From: a virus
Length of the DNA: 64,000 bases
Strand: one strand, 5' to 3'
Virus record (IMG/VR): IMGVR_UViG_3300040801_000905
Coordinates: 1 to 64,000 of that record
Positions 1 through 9,100 of this stretch are shown here, one piece after another. Position 1 is the stretch's first letter. Each line of letters begins with the position of its first letter. The notes under the pieces are model-generated. The model saw only the letters and a program-made list of their open reading frames with translations. It was not told the origin of the DNA and did not search any database. The translations under genes were made by a program, and so were the position numbers.

Positions 1-1
1 T

Positions 2-1186
2 GAGGCGCATAGAAGCCTGTCCAAATCATACCGCGATTTAATTAATCACTTTCCAGATGCATATTTATTGGGGTTGTCTGCCACTCCAGTGCGGTCTGAT
101 GGGCGTGGATTAGGGCATGTGTACGATGCCATGGTAAATGCGCCGTCTGTTCGGGAGCTTATAGAAATGGGGTGGTTGGTGCAGCCGCGGTACTTCACCG
201 GAGCAACTGCCAACATGGATGGCGTTAAGACCCATGACTATGATTATGCTGCTGGAGAAAGAGAAGCTCGTATGAACAACGCTGTTTTGCGCGGTGACGT
301 AGTAGAGCAGTGGTTGAGGCACGCAGACAATCGAAAATCCATAGTGTTTGCATCAGGCGTCAAGCACTCACTGGCCCTAAAAGAAGACTTTGAAGCGGCT
401 GGAGTTCCAGCGATGCACATTGATGGAAACACATTAAACAGTGAGCGCATGGAGCTTATTGACGAATTTAGAAAATCAGATAAGTACAAAGTGTTATGCA
501 ATTGCATGATCGTAACAGAAGGTTTTGATGTTCCAGAGGTTGGCTGTGTAAGCATTGCATGTCCTACCAAGATTATCTCCAAGTATTTACAAATGGCGGG
601 CCGTTGTTTGCGTCCAGCAGAGGGGAAAACAGATTGCATCATTCTTGATCACGGCAACAATATCTTGAGGCACGGCTTTGTTGAAGACCCCATTCCTTGG
701 GAGTTGGATACGAACGGCAGACTGACTGATCGTATTCCTGCTGAACGCGATGAAATGCCGCGACAGTTTGAGTGTACAGCGTGCGGGTGTGTTTTCTCTG
801 GGAGGATTCGATGCCCTGAGTGTGGTACACGACTAGAGGTTCAGCCACAGCACGAACTGATTTCTACAGTGGAGGAATTAATAGAGGTGACGCGTGGTGC
901 CATGGGAGTTAAAGCATCAGATAAACAAAAGGTTTATACCATGGACCAAAAACGGAACTTCTATAAGCAGGTTATTGGTTACGCTAGTGGAATGAACCCA
1001 CGAGGGAAAAAATATTCAGAGGGTTGGGTAGCGCATACATATAGAGCAAAGTTTGGTGTGTGGCCCAGAGGGTTAGGTTTAGAAGCGGGGAATCCAGAAA
1101 AACCATCACAAGAAGTGATTGCTTTTATCAGGGCAAAGAACGCGGCTTATCACATAAGGAAAAATTACAATGAGCAACGCGCCTGA
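2..1186 (+). CDS. SF2 (DEAD/DEAH-type) DNA helicase, C-terminal part; 5' end lies upstream of the window
   Basis: The frame is open from nt 2 with no stop. 'LLGLSATP' (motif III, SAT) is at nt 62-85. 'VTEGFDVPEV' and 'QMAGRCLR' match helicase motifs V/VI. A CxxC...CxxC zinc ribbon (CTACGC...CPECG) lies near the C-terminus. Confidence 0.85.
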   Translation, partial: EAHRSLSKSYRDLINHFPDAYLLGLSATPVRSDGRGLGHVYDAMVNAPSVRELIEMGWLVQPRYFTGATANMDGVKTHDYDYAAGEREARMNNAVLRGDVVEQWLRHADNRKSIVFASGVKHSLALKEDFEAAGVPAMHIDGNTLNSERMELIDEFRKSDKYKVLCNCMIVTEGFDVPEVGCVSIACPTKIISKYLQMAGRCLRPAEGKTDCIILDHGNNILRHGFVEDPIPWELDTNGRLTDRIPAERDEMPRQFECTACGCVFSGRIRCPECGTRLEVQPQHELISTVEELIEVTRGAMGVKASDKQKVYTMDQKRNFYKQVIGYASGMNPRGKKYSEGWVAHTYRAKFGVWPRGLGLEAGNPEKPSQEVIAFIRAKNAAYHIRKNYNEQRA

Positions 1187-2156
1187 CATTATGAAACTGG
1201 CTCAAGGAAAGTGGCCATCTGTCCTCATGTCATGTGGATTAGAAGGCCGCTTTCTGACGGGGAAACACTCACCATGTCCTCTATGTGGTGGAAAGGACCG
1301 CTTTCGTTACATCGACAAGACAGGCGATGGTTGGTGGATTTGTAACCAGTGCGGTAGTGGAGATGGGATGGACTTGCTTATGGGATTTACGAATCAGAAT
1401 TTCGTACAGGCAAGAGACCAAATACGCCCAATTGTTGGTGGGTGTACATATTCAAAGCTACCAACGGTGATCGACAAAAAGGAGCGACAAAGACGGATGA
1501 AAAACACAGTAGAGCTGTGGGACAGTGGGATTAAAAACGATCCATTACTGCATGAATACATGGCTGACCGTGGATTAAAGCCAGAGGAATATGATGGTGC
1601 GGATTTGCGCGTAGCTCACAACGTGTCGTATTACGATGAGGATGGCAACCACAAAGGCAAGCTTTCAGTAATGCTAGCGAGAGTGTCAACACGAGACGGA
1701 AAGCTGGCGCTTATTCATCGTACATACCTTGCCAAAATGAAAGGTGGTGGGTTCAAAAAGAAAAAGAAAATGACCCAGAGAGTACGCGAATGGAAGGGGG
1801 GGTGTATCAGGCTATTTGGGACAAAGGATCAGAACAGGTTGATCGTTGCGGAAGGTATTGAAACTGCGCTATCTGTTCGTGCCCGCTTCTATCGCACGCA
1901 CGGCATTCTCATTCCATGCTGGGCTGCGGTAAATGCTAAAGCTATGGAGAACATGGCACTCCCAGAGCATCTAACAAACATCATGATAGCTGGTGATAGT
2001 GACGCATCATTCACTGGGCAGAAAGCCGCTATGTGTTTGGCAAATCGGCTGACAGTTCATGATAAGAGGCAGGTTAAGGTTATGCTGCCAGAAAAGTTAG
2101 AGACAGATTTTAATGACGAACTAAAGGAACAATATGGACAGGTATCAGATAGCTGA
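1170..2156 (+). CDS. DNA primase (zinc-ribbon + Toprim type, P4-alpha/TraC-like N-terminal architecture)
   Basis: 'CPLCGGKDRFRY...WWICNQCG' is a primase-type zinc ribbon. 'VAEGIETALS' and 'IAGDSD' are Toprim acidic motifs. The gene overlaps the helicase stop by 17 nt. Confidence 0.8.
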   Translation: MSNAPDIMKLAQGKWPSVLMSCGLEGRFLTGKHSPCPLCGGKDRFRYIDKTGDGWWICNQCGSGDGMDLLMGFTNQNFVQARDQIRPIVGGCTYSKLPTVIDKKERQRRMKNTVELWDSGIKNDPLLHEYMADRGLKPEEYDGADLRVAHNVSYYDEDGNHKGKLSVMLARVSTRDGKLALIHRTYLAKMKGGGFKKKKKMTQRVREWKGGCIRLFGTKDQNRLIVAEGIETALSVRARFYRTHGILIPCWAAVNAKAMENMALPEHLTNIMIAGDSDASFTGQKAAMCLANRLTVHDKRQVKVMLPEKLETDFNDELKEQYGQVSDS

Positions 2157-2553
2157 AACATCAAACGGGCCATGGCTTGAGTTAGTGGTGACAAACAATC
2201 CAGCACATGCATTGCAAAAAGCACGGGCGTCTTTCCCTGATTGGAACTTTATATATGTTGCAAAGATGCGACCAATAGAAGGCAAAGACTTGCTTCCTGA
2301 GCCTGAAATACTGATTGGCGAATTGACAGAAAGGGCTATAACAAAATATGGAAGCACAACAGCCAGCCAACTAATGGATGAAATAGACATCTATGCAATG
2401 CACTCAGAGCTGTGTCGTGCAGCAACAGGAAGTTTGTTAGATGCAGAGACAGACATACTGGTTCCAGCCACTATAAAGCGATATGGAAAAAATGAGCAAG
2501 CATCAGCCATGGACTTCATGAAAGCAAAACCGCGATTGGAGGATTTGATGTGA
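2134..2553 (+). CDS. hypothetical protein
   Basis: 139-aa ORF in the operon, overlapping both neighbours. No recognisable motif. Confidence 0.6.
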   Translation: MDRYQIAETSNGPWLELVVTNNPAHALQKARASFPDWNFIYVAKMRPIEGKDLLPEPEILIGELTERAITKYGSTTASQLMDEIDIYAMHSELCRAATGSLLDAETDILVPATIKRYGKNEQASAMDFMKAKPRLEDLM

Positions 2554-3242
2554 ACGAAGAACATTACGTTGCATATCACGGCTTTGCCTACCTGAAAGGG
2601 GCAACGGACAGCCACAAGACTGGACTCCAGATACAGCTGAGGCTAGATCATGAGCAGGATTACAAGGTATTCAAAGAGTTCAGGAAGCATCGTAAGGGTA
2701 AGGCAGGAAGTGGGCTGTACAGGGCGCTGACGAAGGCTGAGGGCAAGGAAGGGTGGTATGGCCCTGTTGATCTGAAGTTCTTGCGGTGGACGGTATCGTC
2801 TGCCAACGGTGCTGTAATCACATTTGAAATGGAAGACCCTGTGGAGTGGCGCAAGATGCGTGACGCTCCAGCTATTGACGCAGGGTACGAGGAGCATGAG
2901 CTGACCAAGACAGAGCTGATGCTGCTGGAGCTGGATCAAGAAGGAAAGCCAGTCAATGTAGAGCAGCGTGCCAAGCTGGAACAAATGGAGCTTAAACGAA
3001 AGTGGCCTAAAGGTGGAGCACAAAGCAAGCGTGCAGCACGCTTGTGCCAAGACCATGAGTTTATCAGGTGGGTGTTGGCAAAAACCGCTAGCACAGTGGT
3101 TGATCCAACGCCAGCTGAGATAGCGGATTGGGTGCGTAAAGAGGCCGATATTGACAGCAGAGCACAGCTTGATCATGACGATGCAGCTTTGCAGCGGTTT
3201 GAAGATAGGATCATGCGTCCTTTTTTACGCACTCAAATGTAG
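2550..3242 (+). CDS. hypothetical protein
   Basis: 230-aa ORF with a GTG start that overlaps the previous stop (GTGA). Charged, mixed composition typical of a real protein. Confidence 0.65.
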   Translation: MNEEHYVAYHGFAYLKGATDSHKTGLQIQLRLDHEQDYKVFKEFRKHRKGKAGSGLYRALTKAEGKEGWYGPVDLKFLRWTVSSANGAVITFEMEDPVEWRKMRDAPAIDAGYEEHELTKTELMLLELDQEGKPVNVEQRAKLEQMELKRKWPKGGAQSKRAARLCQDHEFIRWVLAKTASTVVDPTPAEIADWVRKEADIDSRAQLDHDDAALQRFEDRIMRPFLRTQM

Positions 3243-3299
3243 GGCAACACCTGCCCCTAATATGATATACTTAAATCTCATCATCAAAGGAGAAACACC

Positions 3300-3677
3300 A
3301 TGGCTCGTAAGGTAGAACTGTCAAAGAGCGCGATTGAAAACATTTTTCGTTTACGAACAAATGGGATGGCATTCAAAAAAATCGCAGACCGCTATCCGTG
3401 CAGTGATCATTTCATTAGAGACATCATTTCCCGCAAAGTTTATAGACACGTGGAAATTGATGCAGGGCTTGTGCATGGGGCGCAAAACGCTAAAGCGAAA
3501 TATTCACGGGCCAAGCACAAAGAAGAAAAAACAGTTGCTGACAAGTATGAACCCCTATCTCGCTTAATGCTGGCACAAGAAGGGCTGTCCAAAGCGTACA
3601 AGGAATGTTGTGAAGCGGGACTTAGTAGAAAATTTCTTGATCTTGCCTTGGTAGAGGTTCGTGCAAACCTTGACTAA
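3300..3677 (+). CDS. putative HTH DNA-binding protein (possible regulator)
   Basis: The N-terminal 'IENIFRLRTNGMAFKKIADRYPCSDHFIRDIISRKVYRHV' resembles short phage HTH modules. It is preceded by the CATCATCA-GGAG leader at 3279-3299. Confidence 0.6.
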   Translation: MARKVELSKSAIENIFRLRTNGMAFKKIADRYPCSDHFIRDIISRKVYRHVEIDAGLVHGAQNAKAKYSRAKHKEEKTVADKYEPLSRLMLAQEGLSKAYKECCEAGLSRKFLDLALVEVRANLD

Positions 3678-3945
3678 GGATGAACGAGCGTATCAAACAA
3701 GAGTTCGTGAATTGGGGTGCATCATCTGTGAGCGCCCCGCTTCCATTCATCACGTTCGTGCAGGAGTCGGTAAAGGACAGAAAGCCAGTGAGTATGATGT
3801 ACTCCCGCTTTGTCCAGACCATCACCAGCATGGAGGGTATGGAGTGGCATTTCACGCTGGCAAGAAAGTCTGGCAAGACACTTTTGGTGCAGAAGCTGAG
3901 CTGCTTAAACAGGTAAAGGAGAAGCTGGGTGAAGATCAAACTTAG
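3661..3945 (+). CDS. ref: Ref-like (RecA-dependent, HNH-type) nuclease
   Basis: 'LGCIICERPASIHHVR...VLPLCPDHHQHGGYGVAFHAG' matches the P1 Ref/DUF968-type Cys/His signature. GTG start. Confidence 0.65.
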   Translation: MQTLTKDERAYQTRVRELGCIICERPASIHHVRAGVGKGQKASEYDVLPLCPDHHQHGGYGVAFHAGKKVWQDTFGAEAELLKQVKEKLGEDQT

Positions 3946-4405
3946 CGCAGAGGAAATCTTTCAAGGCGCTGCTGTTGGGTGCATGAGGATGACCAAGGCC
4001 ATTAAGCGCGGCAATAACACCATCAACGACCCTGACCACAACATGCTGTGGCAGTACCATGTAGAGGGCGCTCTTGCTGAGATGGCTTTTGCCAAAGCTA
4101 TGAATAGGTACTGGTCTTCAGGTGACGTGCATGATGTAGACGTGGGCCACTGGGAGATACGGCAGACACCAAAACCTAAAAGTAAGGCTAAGCTGGTTGT
4201 TCGTGAGAGGGATAAACAGCTTGGGAAAATGGATAAGCCGTTCGCTCTGGTGTGCGGCAGGTACGGTGAATATGAGATTGCTGGATGGATGATGGGCCAT
4301 GACTGTCAGGTGCTGGGTGAACTGAAAGACCCAACAGGGACAGGCAGGCCAAAGGCATACTTTATTCCAGCGGAGAATCTAAAATCAATGGAGGATGTAA
4401 CATGA
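3929..4405 (+). CDS. hypothetical protein, possible PD-(D/E)XK-fold nuclease
   Basis: 158-aa ORF. '[12 protein letters not shown]' followed by '[12 protein letters not shown]' loosely fits an E...D...ExK/R pattern. This is a weak call. Confidence 0.35.
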   Translation: MKIKLSAEEIFQGAAVGCMRMTKAIKRGNNTINDPDHNMLWQYHVEGALAEMAFAKAMNRYWSSGDVHDVDVGHWEIRQTPKPKSKAKLVVRERDKQLGKMDKPFALVCGRYGEYEIAGWMMGHDCQVLGELKDPTGTGRPKAYFIPAENLKSMEDVT

Positions 4406-4815
4406 GTGACCTAAACAAAGTGCAATTAATCGGGCGTTTAGGACAAGACCCAGAAACAAAATACACGGCAAGCGGTGCCGCAATCACCAACGCCAGTGTT
4501 GCCACGTCAGACCGCTGGAGAGACAAGCAGACAGGCGAAGACAAGGAACGCACAGAATGGCACAGGGTTGTGTTTTTCGGTAGGCTTGCAGAGGTGGCTG
4601 GAGAGTATCTAAGCAAGGGAAAGCAAGTGTATGTGGAAGGAAAGCTACAAACAGATAAGTGGCAAGACAAAGACGGCAATGACCGTTACACCACTAAGAT
4701 TATTGCCGACAACATGATCATGCTTGGTGGTAAAGGACAGCAAAACAATGAGCAAAAAGGCTTTAGGGCCGCGCCAGCTCAAGAAGAGGCTGGGAATGAG
4801 GATATTCCGTTTTAA
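4402..4815 (+). CDS. ssb: single-stranded DNA-binding protein
   Basis: '[42 protein letters not shown]...[42 protein letters not shown]' is an OB fold. The acidic tail ends in DIPF. Confidence 0.95.
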   Translation: MSDLNKVQLIGRLGQDPETKYTASGAAITNASVATSDRWRDKQTGEDKERTEWHRVVFFGRLAEVAGEYLSKGKQVYVEGKLQTDKWQDKDGNDRYTTKIIADNMIMLGGKGQQNNEQKGFRAAPAQEEAGNEDIPF

Positions 4816-5645
4816 TGCCACGCAAGAAAAAACAAACCAAGAAGCTGAGCTTGTCCGAATTAATGGCAGGGGGGGAGAGTAATGCCAAAGATTTACAACA
4901 CAAAGAACCTGAAAAACAAAAATACCGTGAGAGATATAGAACGCCACGGCACAGGCTGATTCCCTTAAAAGGGGGGCAATACAACAGGCCACTAGCAAAT
5001 GATCCGGCGCGGGATATGAAATACAACGAGCTGGCACGTGAATTTGTTATGAATGGGTTGGATGGGGCGAAAGCTTACGCTGCCGTGTTTGGTGTTCCTG
5101 TTGAGCAGGCATATACCAGCGCAACCAACATATTTAATTCCTCGTGGATGCGGGCCAAGATCAATGAATACTTGTTGGGTCAGGACGGTGAGTTCACAGA
5201 AGAGCTAGATCGTGAATATATTGTGCGGCAACTGCTGTACATGATCGACAACAATATCTTGGATTACATCGCAGACGATGGCACATATCTGTCAGTAAAA
5301 GAGTTAAAAAGACTTCCTGAGTGGGCACAAAAGCAAATAAGAAAGCTGAGCGTGCATACAACCACCACCCCTGTGGCGATCAAAGATGATCAAGGGCAGG
5401 TGATTAGGGATGAAGAAGGGGAAATTCAATATGCAGAAGTAAGAGAGCAGCATGTGCATATTGAGTTGTATGACAAACAGAAAGCAATTGATCACTTAGC
5501 AAAGGTAATGCGTTGGATACAGAACACAGTAGACGTAAACCTTAATCTAATAACATCAGACACAATGCTCAAAGCTGAGAGCCGTGTTAAGAAATTACGG
5601 AGAGATGACATTGAAGGAAAAGCTGAGCGGATTACCTCAGATTGA
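4815..5645 (+). CDS. terS: terminase small subunit
   Basis: 'NELAREFVMNGLDGAKAYAAVFGVPVEQAYTSATNIFNSSWMRAKINEYL' is a Terminase_2-like HTH region. It has a basic N-terminus and sits just upstream of TerL. TAATG overlap with ssb. Confidence 0.75.
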   Translation: MPRKKKQTKKLSLSELMAGGESNAKDLQHKEPEKQKYRERYRTPRHRLIPLKGGQYNRPLANDPARDMKYNELAREFVMNGLDGAKAYAAVFGVPVEQAYTSATNIFNSSWMRAKINEYLLGQDGEFTEELDREYIVRQLLYMIDNNILDYIADDGTYLSVKELKRLPEWAQKQIRKLSVHTTTTPVAIKDDQGQVIRDEEGEIQYAEVREQHVHIELYDKQKAIDHLAKVMRWIQNTVDVNLNLITSDTMLKAESRVKKLRRDDIEGKAERITSD

Positions 5646-5868
5646 TGCTCAATTTGAGTACAAGGGAACGCCAGAATATGCCAATGAGCTATTGGATCAT
5701 TTGCTTAGGTTTTTTACGCTCAACCAGATAGCGTCTCACTGTGGCATTAGCAGGAGAAACCTGTCATACATGCGGCACGATGGGATAAAAAACTATCCCA
5801 TGCAGTTAACACTGGAAGTGTTGGCTGGTTATAAAGTGCTGGATTTTGATGACAGGACAAGCGGTTAA
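5584..5868 (+). CDS. small HTH protein between TerS and TerL (start uncertain)
   Basis: 'LNQIASHCGISRRNLSYMRHDG' is HTH-like. The GTG at 5584 overlaps terS by 62 nt; an alternative start is the ATG at 5605. The stop overlaps the terL start (TAATG). Confidence 0.5.
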   Translation: MLRNYGEMTLKEKLSGLPQIDAQFEYKGTPEYANELLDHLLRFFTLNQIASHCGISRRNLSYMRHDGIKNYPMQLTLEVLAGYKVLDFDDRTSG

Positions 5869-7340
5869 TGGCAGAACAAGCCGCAAGGTTTGAAAACGAA
5901 GAAGTAGCTACCGCGTATGCGGAGTGGATCATGTCGTTTCATGATGATCCATATGAATTTGTGTTAGCTATTTATCCGTGGGGAGAACCGGGGCCGTTAG
6001 AAGAATATGACGGGCCAGATGATTGGCAAACAAAAGTTCTTAAAGGTTTAGGCCAAGACATACAGTCTGGTAAAGATAATATACGAATCTGTGTAAGCTC
6101 TGGTCACGGTATAGGAAAGACCGCGCTTGTTGCATGGATCATTCACTGGTTTATGTCCACCCATCCCCATCCTCAATGTGTTGTTACCGCCAACACGGGC
6201 ACTCAGCTCACCACAAAGACATGGAGAGAGCTAAAAGTTTGGCAAAACCGCGCAGAAAACGGCTTCATGTTTGAGTGGTCTGCAACGTCATATAAGTACA
6301 GAGCAGCCCCAGAAACATGGTTTGCTATAGCCACAAAGTGGAGCGCACACAACTCTGAAGCTTTTGCAGGCACGCATGAGCGGTACGTCATGATGGTGTT
6401 TGATGAGGCTTCCGGTATTGATGACATTATTTGGGAAGTCGCCGCGGGAGCGTTTACATCACACGGTGGAATATGGCTAGCATTTGGGAACCCCACAAGA
6501 AATGTTGGAAGGTTTTACGAGGCGGCATTTGGTCGGCAACGTAAGCGCTGGGATACTTACATTATTGACTCGCGCAACGCAAAGATGAGAAATGATTCAC
6601 TCATTGAAGAGTGGCGTGAAGACTGGGGAGAAGATTCAGATTATTTTCGTGTGCGTGTACGTGGACTGCCACCGAAGCAGGGGCCGCTTCAGTTCATATC
6701 ATCAGCTATTACGCATCAGGCGGTTCAGAGACACATTGAGCAGGCAGCAATATCGGATCGCATACCAAGGCTTATGGGCTTTGATGTTGCCAGACAGGGG
6801 GATGATATGTCCTGTGTCCTTATGCGTCAGGGCAGAAAGATTATTGAGATGGCTGATGGGGACTACATAAAGAGATTTCAGATAAGAGACATTACTGCGC
6901 TATGCAACCATGTTTCTCAACTGATAGCCGAGAATTACCCAGACATTGTTTTCGTGGACGGCACGGGCATTGGTGCTGGAGCTGTAGATTACCTGCGTAT
7001 GTTAGGACATGACAATGTGGTTGAGGTCCATGGTGGTGAAGAAGCTATGGACAAAAAGGTTTTCATGAACAAGCGTATAGAGATGTGGGATCGGATGCGC
7101 CAGTGGTTAGATGGGGCAGATATTCCTGATGATTCTCAGCTGATAATAGACCTGACAACCCCTGAGTTTGCATTTCAAGATAAAACGCAAAAGATGAAGC
7201 TGGAGTCCAAGGAAGACATGAAGAAAAGGGGAGCGGACTCCCCTGATAGTGGTGATGCGTTAGCCCTTACTTTTTATCATAAGGTGCCAATAAAATCACA
7301 ATTTGTATCTGATTCTTCTTATGAGCCTGAGTGGGATTGA
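5868..7340 (+). CDS. terL: terminase large subunit
   Basis: Walker A-like 'SSGHGIGKTALVAW' and Walker B 'VMMVFDEASGI'. The C-terminal nuclease region has conserved acidic residues ('FDVARQGDD', 'VFVDGTGIG'). 490 aa. Confidence 0.9.
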   Translation: MAEQAARFENEEVATAYAEWIMSFHDDPYEFVLAIYPWGEPGPLEEYDGPDDWQTKVLKGLGQDIQSGKDNIRICVSSGHGIGKTALVAWIIHWFMSTHPHPQCVVTANTGTQLTTKTWRELKVWQNRAENGFMFEWSATSYKYRAAPETWFAIATKWSAHNSEAFAGTHERYVMMVFDEASGIDDIIWEVAAGAFTSHGGIWLAFGNPTRNVGRFYEAAFGRQRKRWDTYIIDSRNAKMRNDSLIEEWREDWGEDSDYFRVRVRGLPPKQGPLQFISSAITHQAVQRHIEQAAISDRIPRLMGFDVARQGDDMSCVLMRQGRKIIEMADGDYIKRFQIRDITALCNHVSQLIAENYPDIVFVDGTGIGAGAVDYLRMLGHDNVVEVHGGEEAMDKKVFMNKRIEMWDRMRQWLDGADIPDDSQLIIDLTTPEFAFQDKTQKMKLESKEDMKKRGADSPDSGDALALTFYHKVPIKSQFVSDSSYEPEWD

Positions 7341-7747
7341 AACTTAATGACGTGTCGGACACGAGCAGCGAGGTAGGGGCAGTCATCCACGTGCCGCGCT
7401 TTGTGGTTCATTGAGCACACCCATTCATCATCCTTGACTACGATCCAGTGGCCAGTAATGCAAATGACGCTAATCTGTCCAGACTTGCGGTAAGTAGAGT
7501 GAACCCACTCTTTTAGGGTGGGGCATTCTCTAAAATTCCGCGGGTAATATTCGCGCTGAATGTTTTTCCCCAGAGCAACCAAGGCGTGAGACATTTCTTC
7601 ATATGAAACAGCCTTGATGTACTTACGAAGAGACAGAGCTTTGATCGTCTCTTTGCATGTTGCTGTGTTTAGCCCTGTTGCTGCGGATAGTGCGCCAATA
7701 CCGCACCATAGGTGTCCTTTATAGGTATGGTTAACAAAAAGTGTCAT
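7319..7747 (-). CDS. papain-like (C39-like) Cys/His peptidase-domain protein, putative
   Basis: 'HLWCGIGALSAATGL' (Cys15) and 'ITGHWIVVKDD' (His100) have the spacing and local context of C39-type peptidases. The 3' end overlaps the terL 3' end convergently by 22 nt. Confidence 0.4.
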   Translation of the reverse strand: MTLFVNHTYKGHLWCGIGALSAATGLNTATCKETIKALSLRKYIKAVSYEEMSHALVALGKNIQREYYPRNFRECPTLKEWVHSTYRKSGQISVICITGHWIVVKDDEWVCSMNHKARHVDDCPYLAARVRHVIKFQSHSGS

Positions 7748-8007
7748 GACCGTGCCTCCGTCAGTATGGCGCGTGCGCCTTTAGTAATATGCATAGGTAG
7801 CCCCAAGCAGTTTGTGCGGCAAGACAGCTTTTGGGCTAGCAGTCGCAGTGTAACCTTCTCATGGAGAGGATTAACGTTGATCGAACCTTTCACTCGCTTG
7901 ACTTTCACGTGAGTGCCGTTGATGTAAACGACCTGTGACCACTTTGGGCCTTCTTTGATAACAGCAGGCCGAAAGCCTCCATCTATAAATACTCTTCCGT
8001 GTTTCAT
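7744..8007 (-). CDS. hypothetical protein (first gene of the reverse-strand cassette)
   Basis: 87-aa ORF. ATGA overlap with the downstream peptidase-like gene. Preceded by a CATCATCA-CGGAGG leader and a consensus promoter. Confidence 0.6.
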   Translation of the reverse strand: MKHGRVFIDGGFRPAVIKEGPKWSQVVYINGTHVKVKRVKGSINVNPLHEKVTLRLLAQKLSCRTNCLGLPMHITKGARAILTEARS

Positions 8008-8036
8008 GGTGTTGCCTCCGTTGATGATGAATACAC

Positions 8037-8065
8037 ATAATAGGGCAATAAATGCACTTTGTCAA
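8037..8065 (-). promoter_or_regulatory. sigma70-type promoter for the reverse cassette
   Basis: Minus strand reads TTGACA (8060-8065), an 17-nt spacer, then TATTAT (8037-8042). The gene start at 8007 is about 30 nt downstream. Confidence 0.7.
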
Positions 8066-8098
8066 TCTTAGTCATAGAAAAGAATTTACAAATAAGAG

Positions 8099-8127
8099 TT
8101 TACACAGAGCAAGAAGTGCACTATAAT
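8099..8127 (+). promoter_or_regulatory. sigma70-type promoter (rightward)
   Basis: TTTACA (8099-8104), a 17-nt spacer, then TATAAT (8122-8127). It lies 48 nt upstream of the ATG at 8176. Confidence 0.75.
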
Positions 8128-8175
8128 AGGTTCACGATTTGAAGTAAGGCGCATCATCAAACGAGGTAACTAGCC

Positions 8176-9051
8176 ATGACAGACTCAATCAAAGTAGTGA
8201 AGTTTGACCCGAACAATCCAGAAGAGTGGAAACCCATTCCATGGTACGAGATAAATAAACTGTCCAAAAAAGATCAAGAGTTATATGAAAAGGAACAGGA
8301 GAAACGTTACGCATGGGAAAAGGCTGAGCGCATTAAGATGGAGCAGCTTCCCCGTGAGTTTCCAGAGGGATACGGCAACACAGCCAAAACAGAGAACGCC
8401 ATGATTTTAGAGTTAGGCAACGCTCTGAAAAAAGAGGGCTTTGAAATCGTCTATACCACAGGTACTTACCATTCCGAAGCGCACACGATTCACGAGTCTT
8501 GGGCGGCGCGGGGAATCATTAAAAAAGATGAGCAGAATGTTGGACACTTTATTGTCTGGAAAGCAGGAAGCTGGCGTGCAAGGCCTATAGGATGGAAAAT
8601 TGTGACAAACCGCGGAAAAGGCTCTAATCCAAGGGCATGGAACAGTGAAGAGAAGCGTTTAAAGAACCTTCAGAATGCTGTTAAGTACATCAAGGAGACA
8701 GCTATCCCCCGCGCTGAAGTGGAAGATGAGCTGGATAAAGCTGAGGGCCAGCTGGAGCGCATGGCGTCAGCTAGCCATAAAGCACGTCTTGCGGCTAACC
8801 TACACAAGAAGGGGCTGTCGGGATCGGCTCAATACAGAAAAGATGACGGAACGCTATCAGACATCATGGATGCTATGTATACGGGTGACGCAGCAAAAGC
8901 TATGCAGTTAGTGGCAGAACATTACAAGCGATATGAAGAGCTGACTTGGGCTGCGGCTGCAATGGAAGAAAGAGAGGCAGAGTACCGAAATAACGTGGTT
9001 AAGCCCCTGCGAGAAAAAGCTAAAGAAGAAAGGCCGGAGGTTTATTCGTAA
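8176..9051 (+). CDS. hypothetical protein
   Basis: 291-aa ORF with its own promoter and leader. Charged, with a coiled-coil-like C-terminus. No motif recognised. Confidence 0.7.
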   Translation: MTDSIKVVKFDPNNPEEWKPIPWYEINKLSKKDQELYEKEQEKRYAWEKAERIKMEQLPREFPEGYGNTAKTENAMILELGNALKKEGFEIVYTTGTYHSEAHTIHESWAARGIIKKDEQNVGHFIVWKAGSWRARPIGWKIVTNRGKGSNPRAWNSEEKRLKNLQNAVKYIKETAIPRAEVEDELDKAEGQLERMASASHKARLAANLHKKGLSGSAQYRKDDGTLSDIMDAMYTGDAAKAMQLVAEHYKRYEELTWAAAAMEEREAEYRNNVVKPLREKAKEERPEVYS

Positions 9052-9071
9052 AAATAAATTATATATGGGGC

Positions 9072-9100
9072 TTGACGCGGTGAAAGGATTGCCCCATAAT
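9072..9100 (+). promoter_or_regulatory. sigma70-type promoter
   Basis: TTGACG (9072-9077), a 17-nt spacer, then CATAAT (9095-9100). The downstream initial transcribed sequence resembles the one after the 8122 -10 box. Confidence 0.65.

Noticed and set aside
3224-3271. sigma70 promoter upstream of the HTH gene (TAATAT at 3258 or TATACT at 3266)
   Set aside because: No acceptable -35 hexamer lies at a 16-19-nt spacing. The site is noted only as a possible weak or activator-dependent promoter.
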